Of a stretch of DNA of 64,000 bases, positions 12,836 to 24,789 are shown in pieces. Both the position numbers and the translations under genes were made by a program. Position 1 is the first letter of the stretch. Each line of letters starts with the position of its first letter. This stretch comes from Scyliorhinus canicula (Eukaryota): the NCBI RefSeq assembly GCF_902713615.1, contig NC_052158.1, forward strand, positions 14,876,546-14,940,545, written 5' to 3'. The notes under the pieces were generated by a model, which saw nothing but the letters and a program-made list of their open reading frames with translations, did not search any database and was not told the DNA's origin.

Positions 12836-14096
12836 TAGTTGCCCTTTGACATACTGCTCACCTTTGTTCTGCCATTCACACAATCTCTTTATGTGGCACT
12901 TCTCAGCCTTAATCTTGGAAAGAGCACCCTACCCATCCCATACCTCTACCCCATCCCCGCATGCAGCAACCCCACCTTTTTGGACACTAAGGGCAATATA
13001 GCATGGCCAATCCACCTAACCTGTACATCTTTGCACTGTGGGAGGAAACCGGAGCACCCGGAGGAAACCCACGCAGACACGGGGAGAAAGTGTATACTCC
13101 GCACAGTGACCCAAGCCGGGAATCGCACCTGGGACCCTGGAGCAGTGAAGCAACTGTGCTAACCACTGTGCTACCAGTATAAATCTGATCCTATTTCCAG
13201 TTGTCTCTACTTTGACAAACAGTCATCCAGACTCTAAACGTTAGCTCCCTTCTCTCCACAGAGGCTGTCAGACCTGCTGTGAGTGTCCAGTATTTTCTGT
13301 TTTTGTTTCAGGTTCCAGTATCTGCAATAATTTGCTTTTATTATCATTGTGTTAGGGTTTGTATATATGTGCTGCAGTAATATTTTTAAAACAGAAAATA
13401 CTGGACAATCTCAGCATGTCGGAAAGCATCTGTGGAGAGAGAAGCAAGCTAACATTTCGAGTTTGCATGACTCTTCGTCAAATATTTTTCCAGGGCAGCC
13501 CGGTGGCGCAGCGGCTAGCACTGCTGCCTCACAGCGCCGAGGTCCCAGGTTTGATCGCGGCTCTGGGTCACTGCTCATGTGGAGTTTGCACATTCTCCCC
13601 GTGTTTGCTTGGTTTTGCCCCCACAAACCAAAGATGTGCAGAGTAGGTGCATTCGCCACACTAATTTGCCCCTTAATTAGAAAAAATGAATTGGGTACTT
13701 ACAATTTATTTTTAAATATTTTTTTCAAATGCTGGTTTAAAAGACATCTAGGCTTTGTGGCTACAAAAGGGGCAATTAAGATGTCGTCAACATGAGATCA
13801 TCTTTTTTAAAAAACCTTTTGGTGTTTAGAGGGAGACCTTTTTTGAAAATTTACTTTTTTCCAATTAAGGGGCAATTTAACGTGGCAAATCCACTTACCC
13901 TGTAAATCTTTGGGTTGTGGGCGTGAAACCTACGCAGACACGGGGAGAATATGCAAACTCCACACAGACAGTGACCCGGAGCCGCGATCGAACTTGGGTT
14001 CTCAGTGCCGTCGGCAGCAGTGCTAACCACTGCGCCATTGTGCCGGCCTGCTTACAAGGAGGCCTAATGGTTTTTTGGTATGGTTTCTGGGGAATA

Positions 14097-14446
14097 GATA
14101 GAACATAGAACATAGAACAGTACAGCACAGAACAGGCCCTTCGGCCCTCAATGTTGTGCCGAGCCATGATCACCCTATTCAAACCCACGTATCCACCCTA
14201 TACCCGTAACCCAACAACCCCCCCCTTAACCTTACTTTTATTAGGACACTACGGGCAATTTAGCATGGCCAATCCACCTAACCCGCACACCTTTGGGCTG
14301 TGGGAGGAAACCGGAGCACCCGGAGGAAACCCACGCACACACGGGGAGGACGTGCAGACTCCACACAGACAGTGACCCAGCCGGGAATTGAACCTGGGAC
14401 CCTGGAGCTGTGAAGCATTTATGCTAACAACCATGCTACCCTGCTG
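14097..14446 (-). mobile_element. V-SINE/HE1-type tRNA-derived SINE, long form with (TTCTATG)n tail (representative copy)
   Basis: A box tggttagc, B box ggttcaattcc, V-domain gtgtggagtctgcac..gggtttcctccgggtgctccggtttcctcccaca. Other long copies at about 4228, 12915, 20278, 21505, 23975, 26680, 27660, 32668, 34890, 36626 and 49515. Confidence 0.9.
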
Positions 14447-14457
14447 CTTAGAGACAT

Positions 14458-14631
14458 GGGGCTGGATTCTCCGCTTTCGTTGCGCAGACAGCAAACCCAC
14501 ACCCGGGAATTTCCCAAGGGCGGGGGGGCTTCCCACAATGGGAAACCCCATTGGCCGGCTGGCGAGAGGGAGAATCCCATCGGGGCACGCCGCACTAGAA
14601 AATGAGAGCGGCGGAATAGAGGATCCCACCC
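14458..14631. mobile_element. Short palindromic MITE (second copy about 18397-18583, partial near 56331)
   Basis: gggctggattctc..gaggatcccaccc termini and a shared core atgggaaaccccattggccg with the 18.4-kb copy. Confidence 0.62.
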
Positions 14632-15344
14632 ATTGTGTTTAAACTGAAGCAATTAGGTGATGCGATTAGAGTGGGATGAAAATTATGTAATTAATGGGAG
14701 GAGCGGGTCTGCGGTAGGTCTCTGGCAGGCACAGTCTTTGCTTAGATTTGGATGTGAACAGACAACAGCTTCTGCAAAATGCTGTCAGGCTAAGTGGCAT
14801 TCTCACACAGACAAGAATGTTTCCTGAAACCTTTCTCTCCAAGTGGTTTAAAAAAAAAATTCTATCCAAGTGTACAGCAGGTAACCCTGTGTTTACTAAT
14901 TGTATTTAAAAACGTTTTTTGACCTGTGATGGATTTTGCTTGATTGGAGATAAAGAAGACATTATTTAGAAGTTAAAGTGGTTCTTTTTATTATTAAGCA
15001 TTAACTGGTAATTGTACGCTGTATTTCTGTGACGTGAGGATAGCATTGATCCTGCGTTAATTATAAAGTTTGTTTTAATACACCATACCCTTATTTGTGC
15101 CTGGAAGCACTCCTCGAGCAAAGTGTCCTTTCCTCACAGTCTCACAAATTCAAGAAACGGTATCGGGGTTTCTATCCGGTACACTAACAAATGTTGTGGT
15201 CTGTTCTAGGATCATGATATTCGGCACTTTCATCCTGGACTTAACGTAGAAGTTCAACAACTTCAGACCGTGAACTCTCCACCATTTCAATTTATTTTCC
15301 ACTCCCCAAATCCCCCCCCTCCCAAAGTGTCAGCCTGTACCTAA

Positions 15345-15669
15345 TGTGGTGAATGTGATTCACACTATATATAGTTGCCAATATCACTCCATGTATATAT
15401 GTTCGTTATCTACCCATTGTAAGTGTAGTTGCACTATCCGACCACCAGGGGGAGTCACTCTGGGAGTACGCGAGAGTTTGTACTAGGCTCCTCCCTTAGC
15501 TCAACCCAGGACTCCTCCCCCTGGGACTGATGTATGAAGATCAGTGCCTTAGAGCCAGCCTGCCATTTCACCTGAAGTTCAACGACGAATAGGCTGGCTC
15601 TATTGTAAGTGTATTAAAGCCTCTGTTCAGATCCAGCTACACGTGTTCGCTGAATTGATGGTTCCATCA
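15345..15669 (+). mobile_element. Solo LTR related to 27247-27529
   Basis: Starts tgtggtgaatg, ends gaattgatggttccatca, contains attaaa. TSD is degraded. Confidence 0.7.
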
Positions 15670-15692
15670 CCTTGTTCCCATGTTTTGTTTTC

Positions 15693-15910
15693 AGGGCAGC
15701 ACGGTGGCGCAGTGGGTTAGCCCTGCTGCCTCACGGCGCCGAGGTCCCAGGTTCGATCCCGGCTCTGTGTCACTGTCCGTGTGGAGTTTGCACATTCTCC
15801 CCGTGTTTGCGTGGGTTTCGCCCCCACAACCCAAAAGATGTGCAGAGTAGGTGGATTGGCCACGCTAAATTGCCCCTTAATTGGAAAAAATGAATTGGGT
15901 ACTCTAAAAT
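15693..15910 (+). mobile_element. V-SINE/HE1-type SINE, short form ending ttaattggaaaaaatgaattgggtactctaaa (representative copy)
   Basis: Same tRNA head with an internally deleted V domain. Other copies at about 1040, 13493, 13855, 23085, 30555, 44800, 47400, 49831, 50455, 50960, 54155 and 55064. Confidence 0.9.
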
Positions 15911-16610
15911 GTTTTTAAAAGTTTTGTTTTCAGAGGGCGCTGACCTTTGTTTTGCTGTTCACACATTCTGCTATCTGACCTGCATGCCGCTGTTAACACC
16001 TTCTTTAGTCTTTAACGTTATTATTAACACCCTTTTCTCTTGTGTCCATTTAATCTTTGTCAAATTTATCCTGGGCTCCAACCTCATCTATTTGTTTCAC
16101 CTGTTCCACCTCCCTGCTCTTCAACAGTGTAATTCCCATCACATTCCATGGGTTACGGGTATAGGGTGGATACGTGGGTTTGAGTAGGGTGATCATTGCT
16201 TGGCACAACATCGAGGGCCGAAGGGCCTGTTCTGTGCTGTACTGTTCTATGTCTATTCCCAACTCTCTTCAACTCTGAAATATTTCTCTCTACCCAGACG
16301 CTGCCAGAGCTGCTGCGTTTATCCAGCATTTCCAATTTTTATTTCAGAATTCAAGCATCCGCAGTATTTTGTTTTTCTTTTTTAACTGTAGCGAGTGGCG
16401 AGGACCTGGAGCCTACTGCCTACAAAGGTGGTGGAAACCGAGACAATTAATGATTTCAAAAGGAAACTAGATGGGCATTTGAGGATAGAGTGGTGGGGTT
16501 GGAGTTAGTAGGACTCCTCAATGGAGAGCTGGCATGGACTTGATGGGCTGAATGGTCCCCATCTGTAGGGAATGACTCTATGACGCTTCATGGCTCGAAA
16601 AAGGAATTAT

Positions 16611-16616
16611 TTTATT
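16611..16616 (-). terminator. Candidate polyadenylation signal (AATAAA) of the Ig receptor gene
   Basis: tttatt on the + strand, about 500 nt downstream of the predicted stop, at the edge of unique sequence. Confidence 0.55.
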
Positions 16617-17116
16617 AAAGTTTAAAATGTTCTACAAGCAGTCAAGTCAAACCACTGCTTCTGAAGGTCTACCGAGTCCTTGCATCAGACCAGTTGGATT
16701 GATTGCCGCATTCTGGGGCAGCGATTCTTAAGGGAATGCACCCCCCACCCCACCGATAAGAATGAACATGGGCACTTAAGACATAGGAAATGGAATGAAG
16801 AGGGTTGTTGCAGTACTGGGTCAGAAAATAAGCATTGTACATTTCATTCAACAAGGAAAACAAGTTTAGAAAAAAGGCCCAACAATAATAGTGCAAAGAG
16901 CAGGCCAACTTTTCCCATGAAGCCTTAGCGGATAATCATTACGGCAAAGTTGAAGATATTGGAGGCTTTGTGTTAAATCGGGTTGAAGAACCAAAATAAA
17001 ACATTTGCAACAAAGGCCCAAGGGTTTGATCTATCGTTGGCGTCTGTATTCCTGAGTGATGTCCTGGATTCTCGCCGGAGGAGGACGATGCTAGGTTGGA
17101 TCTTTGACCTGCGAGT

Positions 17117-17125
17117 TCATGGTTC
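17117..17125 (-). CDS. Ig receptor terminal exon coding part: EP*, followed by about 0.5 kb of 3' UTR
   Basis: Very strong acceptor tttctttttttttcag, phase 0 gives GAA CCA TGA. Followed by repeat-free sequence and an AATAAA at 16616-16611. Confidence 0.65.
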   Translation of the reverse strand, partial: EP

Positions 17126-18028
17126 CTGAAAAAAAAGAAATGGTGAAATGACTGGAATTTATTTGGCCACCTTTCACGACCACCGGATGCCCCATTACGC
17201 TTTACAGCCAATCAAGAACTCTGAAGTGCGGCCAATGTTGTGATGTAGGGAACCATTTGTGCGCAACAAGCCCCCACAGACAGCAATATGACAATGAGTA
17301 GCTGTGGTGGCGATGGGTGAGGGATAAATATTGGACCGGGAAATCCTCCCCACCTTTCCTCACCCTGGACTTCTTCAAAATAGCAGCGTGCCATCTTTAA
17401 CATCTAGCCCAGAGGGTCTTGGCGTAAGGTCGCATTTGTCTTATGTACTCAAGGCCCGAAAGGAGGACTTGACCACATGATCTTCCAACCCAGAGTTGTG
17501 AGTGTAACCCACTGAGCCCAGGATGACATGGTTAAAACAGGGACGGGATGGGAATAAAGTGATTGGATTGAAGAAAGGCATCTTTACGGTGACTCAAATG
17601 GAACTGGAGCTGAATGGAGGCCACCTTGGTCAATCGCCAATGATTTGCTCGAGCGCCGGCCCTTGGCTGAAACCAGTTGGTTTTGGCCGGTACGCGCACA
17701 CTGTGGAACAGCACAACGGTTGGAGGTTTCTGAGGCGCATCCTGGACTTCGCATCCATCGGAAAATCACGGCTGCCGTGATCGAGGGAGAGGAAAATGGA
17801 ACAGTGGAGACGTTCAACCTGCCCAATGATCTTTCTCGGTATCATCAGCAATGGGCTATGATCCATAAACAGAGGGCCAGAGATCAGGACAACAAAATCA
17901 TGGACTCTGAATGGGGGGGGCAGTCGTTAACAAGAATGCTGATACCAACTCAATCTCAAAAAAAGACACTGGGAACTAGAAAGTAAATAAAATGTTCACC
18001 AATCATATTGTGAATTAAAAGGACCTAC

Positions 18029-18110
18029 CTCTCTGATATCTTTTTCCACCAAGTGAGGGACAATTCCTGGATCCAAAGCATTCTCCTCCTCTAAATCCTC
18101 CAACGGTTTC
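18029..18110 (-). CDS. Ig receptor exon 9, acidic cytoplasmic tail: (K)KPLEDLEEENALDPGIVPHLVEKDIRE
   Basis: Acceptor gtttgttaag, donor GAG|gtaggt, 82 nt. Phase-2 start matches the TM exon. Acidic like ALCAM and RAGE tails. Confidence 0.8.
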
Positions 18111-18607
18111 CTTAACAAACAGACATTAGCTAAGCTTCATGATAAAAGGATGCCTCATTATCAGCTGGTCAAGGTAGAAAGCAGTTGAGTTACACCAGGC
18201 TCTATCTGTGTTGAGTTACATGCAAGGCCTCAGGCTCCATCCCGTGTCTGTGCTGAGCTACCCAAGGTTTTGATCAGGCTTCATCTGGCGCTAAGTTATA
18301 CATAGCAAGACCTAAGGCTCCATCCTAAATCTATGCTAAGTTACAGACAAGGCTTCAGGCTCCATACTGACCTGTGCTGAGGTACACATAACAAGCTGCA
18401 GGATTCTCCGCCAGCGGGGTCCTCTGCTTTGCCGCAGCACACCCTCGCCCGTGGGTTTCCCGGTGGTGTGGGATGGCCACGATGGGAAACCCCATTGGCC
18501 GACTGCCGGAATAGAGAATCCCACTGCTGTCAGGGGTGTGCCGTGCCAGAAAACAGGGCTGGTGGGACGGAGAATCCCACGCCTTTGGGAAATACCCGGG
18601 TGTGGAT

Positions 18608-19875
18608 CAGTGCTGCACTATTGTACGATCAGTACTAAGGGAGAGCTGCACTGTCAGAGGGTCAGTACTGAGGGAGTGCTGCACTGTCAGAGGGTCAGTA
18701 CTGAGGGAGTGCTGCACTGTCAGAGGGTCAGTGCTGAGGGAGCGCTGCACTGTCAGAGGGTCAGTACTGTGGGAGTGCTGCACTGTCAGAGGGTCAGTAC
18801 TGAGGGAGTGCTGCACTGTCAGAGGGTCAGTTCTGTGGGAGTGCTGCACTGTCAGAGGGTCAGTACTGAGGGAGTGCTGCACTGTCAGAGGGTCAGTACT
18901 GAGGGAGCGCTGCACTGTCAGAGGGTCAGTACTGAGGGAGTGCTGCACTGTCAGAGGGTCAGTACTGAGGGAGTGCTGCACTATTGTACGATCAGTACTA
19001 AGGGAGAGCTGCACTGTCAGAGAGTCAGTACTGAGGGAGTGCTGCACTGTCAGACGGTCAGTACTGAGGGAGTGCTGCACTATTGTACGATCAGTACTAA
19101 GGGAGAGCTGCACTGTCAGAGGGTCAGTACTGAGGGAGTGCTGCACTGTCAGAGGGTCAGTACTGAGGGAGTGCTGCACTGTCAGAGGGTCAGTACTGTG
19201 GGAGTGCTGCACTGTCAGAGGATCAGTACCGAGGGAGTGCTGCACTGTCAGAGGGTCAGTACTGAGGGAGTGCTGCACTGTCAGAGGGTCAGTACTGTGG
19301 GAGTGCTGCACTGTCAGAGGGTCAGTACTGAGGAGTGCTGCACTGTCAGAGGGTCAGTACTGGTGGGAGTGCTGCACTGTCAGAGGGTTCAGTACTGGAG
19401 GGAGTGCTGCACTGTCAGAGGGTCAGTACTGAGGGAGTGCTGCACTGTCAGAGGGTCAGTACTGAGGGAGTGCTGCACTGTCAGAGGGTCAGTACTGAGG
19501 GAGTTCTGCACTGTCAGAGAGTCAGTACTGAGGGAGCACCGCACTGTCAGAGGGTCAGTACTGAGGGAGTGCTGCACTGTCAGAGGGTCAGTACTGAGGG
19601 AGTGCTGCACTGTCAGAGAGTCAGTACTGAGGGAGAGCTGCACTGTCAGAGGGTCAGTACTGAGGGAGTGCTGCACTGTCAGAGGGTCAGTACTGAGGGA
19701 ATGCTGAACTGTCAGAGTCAGTACTGAGGGAGTGCTGCACTGTCAGAGGGTCAGTACTGAGGGAGTGCTGCACTGTTAGCGGGTCAGCACTGAGGGAGTG
19801 CTGCACTGTCAGAGGGTCAGTACTGAGGGAGTGCTGCACTGTCAGAGGGTCAGTACTGAGGGAGAGCTGCACTGT
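18608..19875 (+). repeat. 33-bp minisatellite (cagtactgagggagtgctgcactgtcagagggt)n
   Basis: About 38 units. The 11-aa periodic ORFs are a by-product. Confidence 0.95.
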
Positions 19876-21871
19876 TTCTGTGCGGTGCTCTGACTCCCTT
19901 GTCAGCCATGAATCTATCTAACTGAGCTTTAGAAATATTCATTGACCCTGTCTCCACCGCTCTCTGGGGAAGAGAAGTCCTCAGATAGCTCTCTGAGGGA
20001 AAATAATTCTCTTCATCTCCATCTAAATGAGAGACCCCTTATTTTTAAACCGTGTACCCTAGCTGTCATCTCTCCACATGGGGAAACATCTTTTCAGCCC
20101 ACCCCTCAGTCAAGTCTCCTCAGACTCTTGTACATTTCAATACGATCACCTCCCATTCTTCTATAACCCTAATGAACACAGGCCCAACCTGCCCAAGCTT
20201 TGCTTATAAGACAACCCCTTTATTCCAGTGATCAGTTCAGTGAACCTTCTCTGTACCGAATTTAATGCAATGATCTGGGGCAGCACGGCAACTCGGTGGT
20301 TAGCACATTTGCTGCACAGTTCCAGGGTCCCAGGTTCGATTCCCGGCTGGGTCACTGTCTGTGTGGAGTCTGCACGTTCTCCCCGTGTGTGCGTGGGTTT
20401 CCTCCGGGTGCTCCAGTTTCCTCCCACAGTCCAAAGATGTGCAGGTTAGATGAAGTGGCCATGATAAATTGCCCCTTAGTGTCCAATAAAGGTTAGGTGT
20501 GGTTACTGGGTTTACGGGGGTAAGGTGGAGGTATGGGCTTGGGTGGGATGCTCTTTCCAAGGGCCGGTGAAGACTCGATGGGCCAAATGGCCTCCTTGCA
20601 CTGTAAATTCTATGATGATTCTATGATGTCCTACCTTAAATATGGAGACCAAAACTGTACCCAGTACTCCAGATGTGGGGGTTCGAAGAGAGGAAAGAGA
20701 GATAGGAAGGCGGAATTCCAGAGCTTCGAGCCTCGGGAGCTGAAGGAACGTCCTCCGGTGATAGAACCGTGAAAGCCATGGATGCTCAAGAGGCCATTAT
20801 TGGAGGAGCGCAGAGAACTCGGAGGGCTGTAGCGACTGCTCAGAGGAGGTTACAGAGATGGCGATGGGGGTCAGGGCATGAGGGGCTTTTGAAGGCCAGG
20901 TTGAGAATTTCAAATCCGCCTACCCTGCACATCTTTTGGGTTGTGGGGGTGAGACCCACACAGACCCGGGGAGAATATGCAAACTCCACACGGACAGCGA
21001 CCCAGGGCCGGGATCGAACCCGGCTCACACCTCAAGAATGAATTTTTAAAAAAAGGAATTTTGAACCGGTAAGCCACCATGTGGAGAGTAGTTGAGGAGA
21101 TCGGCCTGGAATCAATTAAGAAGATATTGGTTAAGTATGTGTGAGAAAGGGGGGGCCAAAGGATAGACTACTGAAAGGGTAAGATGCGGAAGCTTGTGTG
21201 GAGCACAAACATGGAGCAGTCGGGCCAAATGGCCTGCTTCTGTGCTGTAAATTCTCTGTCATTCCGCACCAGCTTCAGGATGGGGGAAGTCACATTATTT
21301 CCTGGGTAAATCATAGTAATCAGAATTTGCAGTGCAGAAGGAGGCCATCCGGCCCGTCGAGTCTGCACCGGCTCTTGGAAAGAGCACCCTACCCAAGGTC
21401 TACACCTCCACCCTATCCCCATAACCCAGAAACACCACCCAACACTAAGGGCAATTTTGGACACTAAGGGGCAATTTATCATGGCCAATCCACCTAACCT
21501 GCACATAGAACATAGAACATAGAACAGTACAGCACAGAACAGGCCCTTCGGCCCTCGATGTTGTGCCGAGCAATGATCACTCTACTCAAACCCACGTATC
21601 CACCCTATACCCGTAATCCAACAACTCCCCCCTTAACCTTACTATTACACTACGGGCAATTTATCATGGCCAATCCACCTAACCCGCACATCTTTGGACT
21701 GTGGGAGGAAACCGGAGTACCCGGAGGAATCCCACGCACACACGGGGAGAACGTACAGACTCTGCACAGACAGTGACCCAGCCGGGAATCGAACATGGAA
21801 CCCTGGAGCTGTGAAGCAATTGTGCTAACCACTATGCTACCGTGTTGCCCAAATGCGAAAGGTCGACTCAC

Positions 21872-22001
21872 TTCTCTGTCTTCTTCCTGTGGTAGCACAT
21901 GTAGTATGCTATGGTAGTGGAGAAAGCCACCAACATTAACGTCACTATGATTCCAATAACCATGCCAGCCCTCTTCAGCGACTTGGACTTTCCATGATGA
22001 T
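21872..22001 (-). CDS. Ig receptor exon 8, transmembrane: (D)HHGKSKSLKRAGMVIGIIVTLMLVAFSTTIAYYMCYHRKKTE
   Basis: Translated by hand. About 24-aa hydrophobic segment followed by a basic stop-transfer sequence RKK. Acceptor ttgcttgcag, donor AA|gtgagt, 130 nt, phase 1-2. Confidence 0.92.
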
Positions 22002-24313
22002 CTGCAAGCAATAATATCGAGCTGTAACAGTACACCCATGGAGGAGGTCAGCGGGAAATAAACATACAGATAAAATTCTTTCCCTTGCCGTTAAATTACT
22101 CCATGGCCTCCCTTCCCGTACCAGCCTCCCCGAACAGGCGGCGGAATGTGGCGACTAGGGGCTTTTCACAGTAACTTCACTTGAAGCCTACTCGTGATAA
22201 TAAACGATTTTCATTTCATTTCTTCACGGGCCCTTTGACCTGCTTCAGTCTTAAACCCCGGAGGAACAGGATGAACTTGCCAGCCCCTTCCGGCTTGCAG
22301 GTAGGTTCACCCTCTCTGTTAAAATGGCAGAGGGGGGGAATGTCACGTGACTGCCTTAAACACTCGTCTGCCAATCTCACTCCGGTTGTAGAATTAACAC
22401 GTGGGTAAGATTGAATCAGACTGTGGGCATCCTCCTGACGGGTTTCATACCTGTGGAGTGGCTTTCTTCGGCGAACACTGAAATGAAAGTTAAGAAAGCA
22501 AAATGAGAAAATGTTGAGGCAAAATCGTTCCCCCCCCCCCCCCCCCCCCCCCCCCCCGCTCCCTCCCCGCATTTAGGAGCTGATTTACTTTAGTTCTTGA
22601 GTCGTTGGTGACACTCGGGCAGGGAATGCCACAGTGACCAGGGAATGTTTAACCCACTCTTCTTACCCCACTCTTACCAAAGAGTGCCAGCTGTGGCCTA
22701 GTGGATAGTACTGCCAGCTCTGAACCGACTCCAGTACATAACCTAGGCTGATACCCCACCGCTGAGAGGGAGTGCTGTCCCCACATGCTCTCTCGGGCAG
22801 GTGTAAGTGGTCCCATAGCACTATCTCGAGGGAGAGCAGGCGGGGTGGGGATGTTCGACCCTAAGCCCTGCCCAATATCTATCCCTTCACCAACCCCACT
22901 GAAGCACCATCTGTTCCATAATTAATTGCGGCTCGTGGGATCCTGCTGTGCACAAATTGGCTGTTGTTCAGCTTACACGGTAAAAGTGACTCCGCTTAAA
23001 AAAACAATCCGGCTGTAAAGTGCTTTGGCACTGCCTGGCATTGTGAAAGGGGTGTATAGAAATGCAAGCTCTGCAATTTTTTCCCCCCATTTAAGGTGCA
23101 ATTTAGCGTGGCCAATCCACCGACTCTGCACATCTTTCACGCAGACATGGGAAAAATGTGCAAACTCCACACGGACAGTGATGTGGGGCCGGGATCGAAC
23201 CCGGGTCCTTGCCGCCAAGAGACAGCAGTGCTAACCATTGCGCCACCATGCCACCCGTTCTGTTTTATTTATCCAGTGACTCTTTGTCTCCAGTTTGTCT
23301 GTCTCCAGAAGGAGCTGTCTATCGCAGGTACCTTTACCTCACTCAGTTAGTCGTTGCCTCCCATGCGAATGCCAGCAGGCTATTCGACTAGGTGGGCATC
23401 ATGGTCCAGCCCGACCTTGTCCTCAACCCCCACCCAATCTCACACATGCCAACATTCCAGCCAGAGTCACTTGCACAGGGAATCCTGGTCCTGAATCCCA
23501 CCACCGTTCCCAAATCCCTCCTCTCCTACAATGCAGAGGTGTTCTACTGCCTTATTCGTTCCTCAGCTCACGTTGCGGAAGTCTTACAGCATCTGACAGT
23601 AGGTTTCCACACTTGGGCCACAAGGGGTCTCAGTAAAGATGGTGTTGAATACCTTCAACCAAGCCATCAATAATGCCACTAGGATGTTGAACTAGGGTGC
23701 TCTTTCAGAGGGTCGGTGCAAATTCAATGGGCTGAATGGCCTCTTTCTGCACTGTAGAAATTCTATGATTCTATGACAGCAGGCAGAGGATGTCATGATC
23801 ACTCTATCTTTCAGCACTGTGTCCCCGCCTGGGCCCTGAAACACACTTGCAGCATGGGAATCACTAAATTTACACGCGTTCTGAGCGGAACTGATTTGAT
23901 TGCAACACCAACGGATTATTCCTCACTCAATGGCGGATCAAGCATCCAGCAGTTCTTCAATGAACATTAGATATGGGGAGGCATGGCGGCACATTGGTCA
24001 GCCCGGTTTGATTCTGACCTTGGAGTTGACTGTCTCAGTGGAGTTTGCACTTTCTCCCCGTGCCTGCGTGGGTTTCCTCCGGGTGCTCCGGTTTGCTCCC
24101 ACAGTCCAAAGATGTGCAGGTTAGGTGGATTGGCCATGCAAAATTGCCTCTTAGTATCCAACGGTTAGGTGGAGTTACGGGGCTAGAACGGGTGGGGTGG
24201 GGTGGGGTGGGGGGAGTGGTGGGCCTAGTTAGAGTGCACTTTCGAAGGGGCGGTGCAGACTCAATGGGCCGAATGGCCTTCTTCTGCACTGTAGGGATTC
24301 TATGATATCTTAC

Positions 24314-24349
24314 CTCCTGGTCCATTTAACTCATTGTTATCTTCTCTTG
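24314..24349 (-). CDS. Ig receptor exon 7, 36-nt stalk: (A)REDNNELNGPG
   Basis: Strong acceptor tttctttctgtattcctccag and donor GAG|gtaaga, symmetric phase 1-1, located between the last Ig exon and the TM exon. Confidence 0.8.
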
Positions 24350-24789
24350 CTGGAGGAATACAGAAAGAAACCAATTGAATCAGAAAACTGCGAGTAATAA
24401 CATATCTGTTACAGTACATTTGTTGGCAGTCTGACAACACCTTGTTTTTGAAATTCTCACATTCATCTTCAAGCCCTGCCATAGCCTCGTCCCTTCCTCT
24501 CTCTCTCTGTGACCGCTTCTAACCCTCCGGGATATCTGTGCTGCTCCAATCCCGGCCCCTTGAGCACTCCCAATTCGGTGGCCGTGCTTTTGGTTGGCTG
24601 GGGTCTGAGCTCTGGAATTCGCTCCATGATCCTCGCTGCCCATTTCTCTCCTCCACAATCGTCTCCTTAAAACCTAACCCCCTTGACAAAGCTTTAGCTC
24701 GCCTGACCCTCCATCACCTTATGTGGGTCGTAGTCCAATTCCGCTTGCTAACTCTCCTGTGAAGCACCCTTGGATGGTTCACTGCATTA

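Noticed and set aside
15693-15765. tRNA-like A/B boxes
   Set aside because: These are SINE heads continuing into V-domain sequence, not tRNA genes.
18451-19872. Cys/His-rich periodic ORFs (also 58090-60565) resembling zinc-finger or keratin-associated proteins
   Set aside because: A 33-bp unit is a multiple of three and open in several frames. There are no splice or start signals, and the unit is SINE-derived.
22019-22029. tgttacagctc on the minus strand, like the 5' end of U7 snRNA, which neighbours C12orf57 in human
   Set aside because: Only 11 nt match, with no AATTTGTCTAG Sm site or 3' hairpin. I saw no U7 gene anywhere in the window.
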